A stretch of 37,092 bases of DNA, from positions 1 through 37,092 of the forward strand of contig JAYZAW010000100.1 in NCBI GenBank assembly GCA_036339495.1, read 5' to 3'. This document shows, piece by piece, positions 1-8,255 of this stretch; within the stretch, counting starts at the first letter, position 1, and every line of letters starts with the position of its first letter. The notes under the pieces were generated by a model, which searched no databases, was not told where the DNA came from, and saw only the letters and a program-made list of their open reading frames with translations. Position numbers and translations under genes: made by a program. The stretch is from Pseudomonadota bacterium (GTDB lineage Bacteria > Pseudomonadota > Alphaproteobacteria > MPNO01).

Positions 1-59
1 CCGAAACCGGCTGCGAAGAGCTCAACACCCTCCCGACCCGGGTTCGGCACGTCCCATAA
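1..59 (+). CDS. 3' end of a probable M24 (Xaa-Pro peptidase/creatinase) family protein, partial
   Basis: Frame from base 3 reads ETGCEELNTLPTRVRHVP* (TAA 57-59), like the C-terminal T-x-x-G-x-E-x-L motif of M24 enzymes; only 18 codons visible. Confidence 0.45.
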   Translation, partial: ETGCEELNTLPTRVRHVP

Positions 60-74
60 GAAGATTACTGGCGT

Positions 75-233
75 TTAACCCGCATCAAAAAAACTGGGGG
101 AGAGTGTTATGCCTAATCCGGCAATTGGGAGGATGTTATGAATAAATTTGGTTTGTTCGGTTTCGCGCAATTCGCGATAGGCCGGATAAGGATCCTCGAT
201 CAGCGCCGGCGTATCAAAATCAGGCAGGTCCAT
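75..233 (-). pseudogene. Truncated cytochrome P450 N-terminal remnant
   Basis: ATG at 233, 11 bp after the DUF3500 stop; reads MDLPDFDTPALIEDPYPAYRELRETE (typical bacterial P450 DPYP-x-Y-x-x-LR start), then unrelated sequence to TAA at 75-77. Confidence 0.65.
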
Positions 234-244
234 CTATCTATCCG

Positions 245-1483
245 CTAGCCATGCCGGTGGTGCGGCGCATGCCGGTAATGCAGCCGCAACAGATCGAGCC
301 CGTAATCATTGCCGCTGGGGGTGCGCACCAGTGTGTGAACATGGAATTTCTCCGGCTCCTCATTAATCAGAAACACGCCGCAATGATGGTCGAATTCGAT
401 CATCACCACGGGGCTCTGAATGCGGTAATAGAACGGGTTGTCCTCGCCCGCCCCCCCGATCCAGCAGAAATGGGTATCGTCCAGATGGCGTTCAACATCC
501 TCGATCCGCGCACTGAACGGGCCCGGCGGCAGCGGCGCCAGATAGCACTCGACAAGATCCATCAGCCCGCGTCTTTGCAGTTTCGACAGTTCCGCGCCTG
601 CGAGACCTTCATATGGTATCACGCGGTTGTCTTGATGGGCGCCGCCGAGATGCAGATTGTCGGCGAAATGACGCCGGTCGTCGGGCAAATCGCCGCCGAT
701 AATGGAATGCGCGACAATGGCCTTTTCGTGCTGAGCGGAATTCAGCGAGCGCATCAGCTCCAGCCCGGCGCGCTCCTCATCCTCAAACAGTCGAATGCCG
801 GCGAACGGGCCTTCGTCGGCCTGGTACGGTTCGGCTCCCCAGAATAATGGCGACAGAACCATCTGGCCCTCGATCACCAGACAGCTGACGCAGAGATGAT
901 GCCCAAATATCTGCCAGCCCCAGGGTTCGCTCATGGACGGCGTACCGAAGACGCAGAAGATATAACTCCACTCGCCCAGAATATGCGGTCCGCCGACGAG
1001 ATCGCCGAGAAACCGGTTGAGCTTCATCACGTCGCGCGACATTTTGAATCCCTTGGGACTGAGCCCGGCGCGCAGCACCGCCATGGCTGCCTCGCGCAGA
1101 GTTGGTTCAATTTCCTCAAGTCGCAGCCCGTGCCGGTCGACATAAATTTCCGTGTTCTGCCAATTACGCCAATGGTGGGAATCGATTTCCAAACAGGCCG
1201 CCCCGCGTTGTTCGCTGGACAGTTGGGCGAGGAATTGATTGGCGGCATCCACCATCGCCGCCGTCGGCGCGTCTTCATGGCGCAGCGAAAAAAGATCGGG
1301 GATCACTTTTCCGGCCGTCGTGATGCCCTTGAACGGTTCGTTCAACATTTTGCGCCACGTGCTGAAGAGTTCTTACGCGCGCGGGCCTTTTAACTTGGCT
1401 TCCGCATGCGCGCGCGCCGTCGACCCCACGATTTTGCCGTGATCATGGGGCGGCAGAAAACGGCGAAAATCGGATTTTGACAA
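245..1483 (-). pseudogene. DUF3500 family protein with an in-frame nonsense codon (367-aa ORF 245..1348 remains open)
   Basis: DUF3500 motifs WGWQIFGHHL, FYYRIQSPVVMIEFDHH, HVHTLVRTPSGNDYG. Upstream TTG at 1483 with AGGTG SD is in the same frame: LSKSDFRRFLPPHD...KLKGPRA*(TAA 1373-1375)ELFSTWRKMLNEPF. Confidence 0.7.
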
Positions 1484-1585
1484 CGCGAGACACCTAATGG
1501 CGATAGAAAAATTACCTCTTCTCGAAAGTGTAACAGGACCAAATCCATCTGACTCGCCGAAAGTGAACCCGAGCTCGCCGCCATG

Positions 1586-1618
1586 TGCTAAAATTTTCAA
1601 AATCCCGGTGAGAATTTT
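1586..1618 (+). promoter_or_regulatory. Extended -10 (TGcTAAAAT) and overlapping inverted repeat, candidate operator of the Rieske gene
   Basis: AAAATTTTCA (1590-1599) N9 TGAGAATTTT (1609-1618), 9/10 complementary. Confidence 0.4.
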
Positions 1619-1623
1619 CGGTA

Positions 1624-2880
1624 ATGCTGGATCATAAAACCAATAAACTGCTTTCGGAGGTCGGCGCGGGCACGCCCATGGGCCAGCTCATGCGGCGTTA
1701 TTGGCAACCGATCGGGGCGGTATCGGAATTGGCGCGCAAACCTGTCAAATCGGTGCGGCTGATGGGTGAGGATCTGGTTCTCTATAAGGATCTGTCGGGC
1801 AATTACGGGCTGGTCGACCGGCACTGTCCGCACCGCCGCGCCGATCTGAAATTCGGCTTTCCGGAAGAATGCGGTCTGCGCTGCAGCTATCACGGCTGGC
1901 AGTTCGACCATACCGGCGCATGCGTGTCCCAGCCGTTTGAGGAAGTCGACGATCCGGAAGGCCGGTTCAAGGACAAAATCCGCATCAAGGCCTATCCGGT
2001 CGAGGCCAAGGGCGGGCTGCTGTGGGCTTATCTTGGGCCGCAACCCACGCCGCTTGTGCCCAATTACGAACCCTTCGAGTGGGAAAACGGGTTCGTCCAG
2101 ATCGTGTTTTCAGAAATTCCCTGCAACTGGTTTCAGTGCCAGGAAAATTCCATCGATCCGGTCCATTTCGAATGGATGCACGCCAATTGGGCTGTGCGGG
2201 GCACGGGCGAAACCGGACCCTATGCGCCAACACATCTTAAAATCGAGTTCGAAGAGTTCGAACACGGCATGATCTATAAGAGGATTCGCGAGGACACCGA
2301 CGAGAACAACCCGCTCTGGACCGTCGGGCGCAACTGCCTATGGCCCAACTCGCTCTTTACCGGCGATCATTTCGAATGGCGCGTGCCGATCGACGACTGC
2401 AACACGCTCAGCGTCGGCTGGTTCTTCAACCCGGCGCCCCAGGACAAGCGGCCCTTCGTGCAGGCCGAAATCCCGAGCTGGCATGGCCCGGTGGTCGATG
2501 AGGCGACCGGCGAATGGATTACCAGCCATGTGATGAACCAGGATTTTACCGCCTGGGTCGGGCAGGGGGATTTGTCCGACCGGTCCCAGGAACATCTCGG
2601 GCGCAGCGACCGCGGCGTGATCATGATTCGCAAACGGTTCCTCGACGATCTGGAGCGGATCGAAAAAGGAGAGGACCCGAAAGCGATCTACCGCGACCCC
2701 GCCACCCATGGGCGGATCGAACTGCCCATACTAGAGCGCGACTATCTGAGCCGGGGACCGACCCGCGCGGAGGCCAATGATCCCAATTTCAGGATGGCGC
2801 GATTTTTCGTAAAATTCATTTTCCAGGCCGGCCAACCGGAAGAAGTCTGGGCGAAATATTGCGACGCGATGGGGATTTAA
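1624..2880 (+). CDS. Rieske non-heme iron aromatic oxygenase, alpha subunit (phthalate 4,5-dioxygenase / LigXa-like)
   Basis: Rieske CPH...CSYHGW; mononuclear Fe motif ENSIDPVHFEWMH and QD; N-terminal GTPMGQLMRRYWQP; EHLGRSDRGV. Confidence 0.9.
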   Translation: MLDHKTNKLLSEVGAGTPMGQLMRRYWQPIGAVSELARKPVKSVRLMGEDLVLYKDLSGNYGLVDRHCPHRRADLKFGFPEECGLRCSYHGWQFDHTGACVSQPFEEVDDPEGRFKDKIRIKAYPVEAKGGLLWAYLGPQPTPLVPNYEPFEWENGFVQIVFSEIPCNWFQCQENSIDPVHFEWMHANWAVRGTGETGPYAPTHLKIEFEEFEHGMIYKRIREDTDENNPLWTVGRNCLWPNSLFTGDHFEWRVPIDDCNTLSVGWFFNPAPQDKRPFVQAEIPSWHGPVVDEATGEWITSHVMNQDFTAWVGQGDLSDRSQEHLGRSDRGVIMIRKRFLDDLERIEKGEDPKAIYRDPATHGRIELPILERDYLSRGPTRAEANDPNFRMARFFVKFIFQAGQPEEVWAKYCDAMGI

Positions 2881-2921
2881 AATATCCCGGGCTTTTCACT
2901 TCGCTTGAACGAAAACCCTAA

Positions 2922-3722
2922 TCAGCCTTCGATGATTTCGACGATGCCTTCCGCCGGGGTGACGCAGGCGGCGACCAGGGGGCCACCGAACCCGCATCCA
3001 CCATCGATCGTGGCGGCGAATTCCGTGACCTTCATGCCGTCATGGGCCGGGTCGAAACCGCGCACCACGAGGCGGCATCCGTAATACGCGTCCGTGATCT
3101 GGTCGAAGCCGCGTCCGCCCCACCATAAAATATCGCCCTGGGCGTCGAGCGGCCGTTCGGGTTCGATGCCCGCGCTGACAAAAACCAGCGATCCGTCCTT
3201 GACGTAAGCGGCCTGGCGAAGGGCGCTGAGGTAGTCGCGGTGGCCCGGGGCGTCTCGCACGAGGTCCCGTAGCGCCGATGTCCAGCGGCCGAGCGCGATG
3301 GTGCCCTGCCGCGCGGCGATCAGCCCATCCATTCCCCGGGCGCCATAGGCTTCAATGGAGGCGGCCACCCCCTGATCGAGCATCCACTCCAGAACTTCCG
3401 CCGGATTAACCGAAAACTGCAACTCGAAAAGCTTGTTCCACATTTCCTCCTGGGCGCCCCTCAACAGGGCCACGTCGGAGGCGTCGTTGCCGCGCCGGGC
3501 CATGAAGTCGCGCCTGAAACGGAGAATTTCATCGACAACCTGGCGGGCGCTTTTTCCACGCCCAATCATGTTGCCCAGGTACGCCAGGCGGTCCCCGCTC
3601 ACAATTCTTGGCTCCAAGGCAGCGTGCAGCCGCGCCAAATTTTCGAATTCGCCGTGAATCGACGCCACCGCCCACACCCGGCAAGGCGTATTCAAAACTG
3701 CGAAAGAAGAATGATCTGCCAT
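2922..3722 (-). CDS. Calcineurin-like metallophosphoesterase homolog with degenerate active site (pseudophosphatase)
   Basis: Motif order preserved but altered: VASIHG, LGNMIGRG, LRGAQEE, FVSAGI, VVRGFD, IDGGCG; likely start MADHSS at 3722. Confidence 0.8.
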   Translation of the reverse strand: MADHSSFAVLNTPCRVWAVASIHGEFENLARLHAALEPRIVSGDRLAYLGNMIGRGKSARQVVDEILRFRRDFMARRGNDASDVALLRGAQEEMWNKLFELQFSVNPAEVLEWMLDQGVAASIEAYGARGMDGLIAARQGTIALGRWTSALRDLVRDAPGHRDYLSALRQAAYVKDGSLVFVSAGIEPERPLDAQGDILWWGGRGFDQITDAYYGCRLVVRGFDPAHDGMKVTEFAATIDGGCGFGGPLVAACVTPAEGIVEIIEG

Positions 3723-3825
3723 GGTTGCGTTCCGCGCCCGGCCCCGCGTCATTCTATGTTGGATAGGCTTCGCCGTCAGCCCAGAAGCTTCATCCGGAGT
3801 TTGGTTTTGCGGTAACCATTGCAGC

Positions 3826-3884
3826 TGTCGGAAAATTTTACAGTTTCGGTTTGATGAACCGGAATTGTGTCGAGATATTTTACA
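3826..3884 (+). promoter_or_regulatory. Two TGT-N11-ACA enhancer-binding-protein sites
   Basis: TGTCGGAAAATTTTACA (3826-3842) and TGTCGAGATATTTTACA (3868-3884), 42 bp apart. Confidence 0.7.
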
Positions 3885-3904
3885 TGATCCTGAATCGAGC
3901 ATCA

Positions 3905-3917
3905 CAACTTATTGATT
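3905..3917 (-). promoter_or_regulatory. IHF binding site
   Basis: Minus strand AATCAATAAGTTG matches WATCAANNNNTTR exactly; lies between the enhancers and the sigma54 promoter. Confidence 0.75.
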
Positions 3918-3934
3918 TTGTGGAATAAAAATAA

Positions 3935-3951
3935 TTGGCATAATTCTTGCG
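3935..3951 (+). promoter_or_regulatory. sigma54 (RpoN) -24/-12 promoter
   Basis: TTGGCATAATTCTTGCG with GG-N10-GC spacing; predicted +1 near 3962. Confidence 0.8.
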
Positions 3952-4099
3952 TACTTCTATTGAATAAGCCAGTCGACAGGCTTTTAATGACGGGGTAGCC
4001 TCAAGGAACCTAAATTTTCCGGCGATGGGGATATCAAATAAGGAATGATCGGGATGCCGGGTGGATGCCGGCGTAACCGAAAATATAGGGATCGAACTG

Positions 4100-4279
4100 A
4101 TGAAGACCCAGGACCGCAGGGATGAAGTAGCTACGGAATCGTTGGATTATTTCAATGGCTTGAGCTTGAAGGAACGTTCAGAACTCACAGATGCATTGCG
4201 TGACCCTCGGACATATTTTGCCGGGAACTTCGAGGACTTGCTGGCGGTGCTCAAGCACATTGAAAGCGATCGCGTTTAA
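4100..4279 (+). CDS. Small acidic hypothetical protein (59 aa)
   Basis: AGGGA SD upstream of ATG 4100; helical-looking MKTQDRRDEVATESLDYF...; GTG at 4061 is an alternative start; downstream of the sigma54 promoter. Confidence 0.55.
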   Translation: MKTQDRRDEVATESLDYFNGLSLKERSELTDALRDPRTYFAGNFEDLLAVLKHIESDRV

Positions 4280-4307
4280 CCGCCGCTGCTGAACCGGCGC
4301 CAAGTGC

Positions 4308-4336
4308 TTGACTTGACGCCACGACATCCTTAAATT
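4308..4336 (+). promoter_or_regulatory. sigma70 promoter of the ffh operon
   Basis: TTGACT-N17-TAAATT. Confidence 0.75.
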
Positions 4337-4342
4337 CCGCGC

Positions 4343-4425
4343 AACCCAAGGCAGATTCCATCGCCTGACGCCCAAGGGTGTACGCCAGTCCGCGCGTTGC
4401 GCGCACTGGCGCGTTTTGCGTTGGA
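4343..4425 (+). ncRNA. Structured ffh 5' leader RNA (probably the alphaproteobacterial ffh motif)
   Basis: Hairpin CGCCAGT-c-CGCGC-gtt-GCGCG-c-ACTGGCG (4383-4411) followed by GTTTTG, directly upstream of ffh; family assignment from memory, no CM search. Confidence 0.6.
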
Positions 4426-4460
4426 AATTGCCCGCAATTAATTTGTGACTGAAAGCGGCT

Positions 4461-5813
4461 ATGTTCGACAGTCTCAGCAATCGGCTCGGTGAAGTTTTCG
4501 ACCGTCTTAAGAAGCGCGGCGCGTTGAGCGATGCCGATGTGAATACGGCCCTGCGTGAAATCCGCGTCGCCCTGCTGGAAGCGGATGTCGCGCTGCCCGT
4601 GGTCAAGGATTTCATCGACGGCGTGCGGGACCGCGCGCTGGGCGAGGAAGTCGTGAAAAGCGTGACCCCTGGGCAAATGGTCGTCAAGATTGTAAATGAC
4701 TGCCTGGTTGATGCGCTGGGTGCGGAGTCGGAAGGTATCGATCTCGCCGCGATCCCCCCCGTGCCGATCATGCTGGTCGGGTTGCAGGGGTCGGGCAAGA
4801 CGACGACGGCAGCCAAGCTGGCGCTGCGGCTCAAGGATCGGCAAAAGAAAAAAATTCTGCTCGCGTCGCTTGATGTCCGCCGTCCGGCGGCCCAGGAACA
4901 GCTCGCCGTGCTCGGCGCACAGGCCGGCATCGATACGCTCCCGGTCATTCCGTTGCAGACGCCGAAGATGATCGCCGATCGCGCCTTGGAAATCGGACGG
5001 CTTCAGGCCTATGACGTGGTCATTCTCGATACCGCGGGCCGGCTCGCCGTCGATGAAGAGTTGATGGCGGAGGTGGCCGTGGTCGCCGATGCGGTCAAGC
5101 CGAAGGAAACCCTGCTGGTCGCCGACGCCATGACGGGCCAGGACGCGGTCAATGTGGCGGAAGCCTTTCATGCGCGCCTCAATCTGACCGGTATTGTGCT
5201 GACCCGCGTTGACGGCGATGCGCGCGGTGGCGCGGCGCTGTCCATGAAAGCGGTGACCGGACGCCCGATAAAGTTTCTGGGCACCGGTGAAAAGCTCGAT
5301 GCGCTCGAGGAATTCCACCCCGAACGGGTGGCGTCCCGCATTCTCGGCATGGGTGACGTCGTCGGCCTGGTCGAAAAGGCGCAGGAAACGATTGACGAAG
5401 CGGAAGCCGAAAAACTTGTTGCCAAAATCCAAAAGGGCAAGTTCGACATGGACGACATGGCGTCCCAGTTTCGCCAGCTGCGCAAGATGGGCGGGATGTC
5501 GGGCGTGATGGGAATGCTGCCGGGCGTCGCCAAGGCCAAGAAACAAATTGCCGCGGCGAATATCGATGATGGCGCGTTCGACCGTCAGGAAGCCATCATA
5601 TCGTCCATGACGCCCGGCGAAAGATCGCGGCCCGAACTTATCAAGGCGTCGCGCAAGCGGCGCATCGCGACCGGTTCGGGCACCACGGTTCAGGACGTCA
5701 ACAAGTTGATGAAACAGTTCAATGAAATGACCCGCATGATGAAGCGCATGAACAAGATGGGCAAAAAAGGCCTGATGCGCGGCGGGATGCAAGGATTGAT
5801 GCCGCCCCGCTGA
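4461..5813 (+). CDS. ffh: Signal recognition particle protein Ffh
   Basis: ALLEADV, GLQGSGKTTT, DTAGR, DGDARGGAALS, Met-rich M domain. Confidence 0.98.
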   Translation: MFDSLSNRLGEVFDRLKKRGALSDADVNTALREIRVALLEADVALPVVKDFIDGVRDRALGEEVVKSVTPGQMVVKIVNDCLVDALGAESEGIDLAAIPPVPIMLVGLQGSGKTTTAAKLALRLKDRQKKKILLASLDVRRPAAQEQLAVLGAQAGIDTLPVIPLQTPKMIADRALEIGRLQAYDVVILDTAGRLAVDEELMAEVAVVADAVKPKETLLVADAMTGQDAVNVAEAFHARLNLTGIVLTRVDGDARGGAALSMKAVTGRPIKFLGTGEKLDALEEFHPERVASRILGMGDVVGLVEKAQETIDEAEAEKLVAKIQKGKFDMDDMASQFRQLRKMGGMSGVMGMLPGVAKAKKQIAAANIDDGAFDRQEAIISSMTPGERSRPELIKASRKRRIATGSGTTVQDVNKLMKQFNEMTRMMKRMNKMGKKGLMRGGMQGLMPPR

Positions 5814-5855
5814 TCGTGGCGCGGCGCTAAATATCTCCAGAGAGGATACCAACAT

Positions 5856-6389
5856 ATGGCTTTGAAAATTCGATTGTCTCGCGGCGGCGCCAAAAAGCGG
5901 CCTTACTACAGGATCGTTGTCGCGGATTCGCGCAAACCCCGGGACGGCCGGTTCATCGAACGTATCGGCACCTATAACCCGATGCTGGAAAAAACCGACC
6001 CCAGCCGCGTCGTTATCGATATAGAGCGCGCCAAGCACTGGCTGTCCCACGGCGCGACGCCGAGCGACCGGGTTGCGCGTTTCCTGGGCAGCGCCGAGGT
6101 TATTCCGATGCCGCCGCAAAAGGATAATCCGAAAAAGAGCCAGCCCAAGGCCAAGGCGCAGGAGCGCTTGAAAGAAGCCGAGGAAGCCGCCAAGGCGGCG
6201 GCGGAAGCACCCGCCGAGGAAGAAGCTCTCGCCGAGGAAATTGCTGCGGAAGATGCTCCAGCGGAAGAGGCTCCGGCCGAGGAAGCCCCGGCCGAGGAAG
6301 CCCCGGCCGAGGAAGCCCCGGCCGAGGAAGCCCCGGCGGAAGAGGCTCCGGCCGAGGAAGCCCCGGCGGAAGAAGAGGCCAAGGAGTAG
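5856..6389 (+). CDS. rpsP: 30S ribosomal protein S16 with long acidic C-terminal tail
   Basis: [35 protein letters not shown]. Confidence 0.98.
   Translation: MALKIRLSRGGAKKRPYYRIVVADSRKPRDGRFIERIGTYNPMLEKTDPSRVVIDIERAKHWLSHGATPSDRVARFLGSAEVIPMPPQKDNPKKSQPKAKAQERLKEAEEAAKAAAEAPAEEEALAEEIAAEDAPAEEAPAEEAPAEEAPAEEAPAEEAPAEEAPAEEAPAEEEAKE
6246..6380 (+). repeat. 15-bp coding tandem repeat (AEEAP x7 plus degenerate units)
   Basis: 5 copies of GCCGAGGAAGCCCCG, 2 of GCGGAAGAGGCTCCG, 2 degenerate flanking units. Confidence 0.95.
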
Positions 6390-6450
6390 GGCCACGGCGC
6401 GCGCGGGACAAAACAAGGGACGCGCGGGTCCTTCAACGATCGCCTCCTCG

Positions 6451-6996
6451 ATGGCGGTTGAAGGCGCGCATTCCGATCGCGTGTGCCTCGGCGCCATTGC
6501 CGGCGCGCATGGCGTCGGCGGCGCGGTGAAAATTCGGAGCTTTACCACCGAGCCCGCCGATGTGGCGGCATATGGGCCGGTGAGCGACGAGGACGGAAAA
6601 CGGGTGTTTGAGATTGAAATCATCGGCGAGGCAAGGGGTGTGATTCTGGCGCGGTTGCAAAGCGTGAATGATCGCGACGCGGCCGAAGCGCTGAAAGGCA
6701 CACGGCTTTACGTCACGCGTGATGCATTGCCCGCGCCCGATGATGGTGAGTTCTATCACGGCGACCTGCTTGGGCTTGCCGCCGAGCTTGCCGACGGCAC
6801 CCGGTTCGGCGCGGTCACGGCGATCCGCACGGTCGGCGAAACCGACGTGTTGGAGATCACGCGAGATGATGGGAAGCCATCCGTGATGGTGCCGTTTACC
6901 AGCGAAGCGACGCCGATGGTCGATCTCGATGGCGGCCGGATCGTGATCGACCCGCCCGCGGGCCTGATCGAGGATCTGGATGGGGATGCGCCATGA
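6451..6996 (+). CDS. rimM: Ribosome maturation factor RimM
   Basis: [34 protein letters not shown]; position between rpsP and trmD; start placed at ATG 6451. Confidence 0.95.
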   Translation: MAVEGAHSDRVCLGAIAGAHGVGGAVKIRSFTTEPADVAAYGPVSDEDGKRVFEIEIIGEARGVILARLQSVNDRDAAEALKGTRLYVTRDALPAPDDGEFYHGDLLGLAAELADGTRFGAVTAIRTVGETDVLEITRDDGKPSVMVPFTSEATPMVDLDGGRIVIDPPAGLIEDLDGDAP

Positions 6997-7733
6997 CGGC
7001 CGCACTTTCACCTGAAAGCGAAACCGCGCCCTGGCGGGCAACGGTGCTGACGATATTCCCGGAAATGTTTCCCGGGCCCTTGGGGTGTTCGTTGGCCGGC
7101 AGAGCGCTTGAAGATGGTATTTGGAGCCTCGAAACGGTGGACATTAGAGGCTTTGCGCGCGATAAACACGGTTCCGTCGATGATGCCCCATTCGGGGGCG
7201 GGCCCGGCATGGTGATGCGCCCGGATATCGTGGCCGATGCGCTGGAAGCCAAGACGGAATCGGAAGGCGCGGTGATTTATATGAGCCCGCGAGGACGCGC
7301 TCTCGACCAGGCGCGTGTGCGGGAAATCGCTTCCGATCCCTCGGTGACGCTGCTTTGCGGCCGGTTCGAGGGGATTGATGCGCGGGTGATGGATGAATTT
7401 GAAATCGACGAGGTCAGCCTTGGCGATTTTGTTCTGTCCGGCGGCGAGCCGGCGGCGATTGCGCTGATCGATGCATGCGTCCGGCTGCTGCCGGGCGTGG
7501 TGGGTCAGGATGAGTCGCTCGCCGAGGAAAGTTTTGAACGGGGATTGCTGGAATATCCCCAATATACCCGGCCGCAATCGTGGCGCGACCGGGCGGTGCC
7601 GGAAATTCTCTTGAGCGGGCATCACGAAAAGGTAAAGGCCTGGCGCCAGGACCAGGCGGAGAAGATCACGCGGGAGCGGCGGCCGGATCTCTGGCAACGA
7701 TACGTCGCTGAACGCGCAACGTTAAAGGAATAG
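6993..7733 (+). CDS. trmD: tRNA (guanine37-N1)-methyltransferase
   Basis: [47 protein letters not shown]. Confidence 0.98.
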   Translation: MTAALSPESETAPWRATVLTIFPEMFPGPLGCSLAGRALEDGIWSLETVDIRGFARDKHGSVDDAPFGGGPGMVMRPDIVADALEAKTESEGAVIYMSPRGRALDQARVREIASDPSVTLLCGRFEGIDARVMDEFEIDEVSLGDFVLSGGEPAAIALIDACVRLLPGVVGQDESLAEESFERGLLEYPQYTRPQSWRDRAVPEILLSGHHEKVKAWRQDQAEKITRERRPDLWQRYVAERATLKE

Positions 7734-7737
7734 GATC

Positions 7738-8187
7738 ATGAGCCTGATCAATGAACTCGAAAACGAACAGATCGCCAAACTGACCGCCGATAACCCGGTG
7801 CCGGAATTCGCGCCGGGCGACACGGTGCGCGTCCACTACAAAGTGGTCGAAGGCACGCGTGAGCGCATCCAGGTTTATGAAGGCGTGGTCATCGCGCGCA
7901 CCAATAAAGGGATCAATTCCTGCTTTACGGTGCGCAAGATTTCCTATGGCGAGGGGGTTGAGCGCGTCTTTCCGCTTTATGGTCCGCGCATCAACCAGCT
8001 GGAAGTCATCCGCCGCGGCGCGGTTCGCCGGGCCAAACTTTATTATTTGCGCAACCGACGCGGCAAGAAGGCGCGTATCGCCGAAAAGGTCGACCGGCGC
8101 TTTGTCGGTCAAACCAAAAAAGGCCAGCCCCCGGGGACAGCCGGCGAAGCGGCCGCAACCGAATCGACAGAGCAAAACGACGCCTAG
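7738..8187 (+). CDS. rplS: 50S ribosomal protein L19
   Basis: [36 protein letters not shown]. Confidence 0.98.
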   Translation: MSLINELENEQIAKLTADNPVPEFAPGDTVRVHYKVVEGTRERIQVYEGVVIARTNKGINSCFTVRKISYGEGVERVFPLYGPRINQLEVIRRGAVRRAKLYYLRNRRGKKARIAEKVDRRFVGQTKKGQPPGTAGEAAATESTEQNDA

Positions 8188-8255
8188 CAGAACCGGCCTT
8201 GGAGGCGCCGGGGCCGTGCTCGGCATTGGGATTAGTGGGATGAAGGAGACCGCGT

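Noticed and set aside
1523-1565. CGAAAGTG direct repeat and a similar sequence near 19687
   Set aside because: Largely explained by minus-strand TACACT -10 boxes for the DUF3500 and GST genes; too short to support a shared regulator
3723-3905. N-terminal extension of the phosphoesterase ORF and ORF 3721..3915
   Set aside because: Runs through the AT-rich enhancer/IHF region; homology starts after MADHSS at 3722
6246-6380. Repeat array as possible CRISPR
   Set aside because: Contiguous 15-bp units without spacers, in frame within rpsP, no cas genes
6241-6450. Arg/Lys/Pro-rich N-terminal extension of RimM in the ORF track
   Set aside because: Alternative frame of the rpsP repeat; RimM homology starts near ATG 6451
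4251-6701. 816-aa minus-strand ORF, and similar long antisense ORFs at 10383..11498 and 28811..29824
   Set aside because: Shadow frames of ffh-rpsP-rimM, leuB and hyuA caused by high-GC codon bias; no recognisable domains; GFLGR repeats are just the antisense of AEEAP
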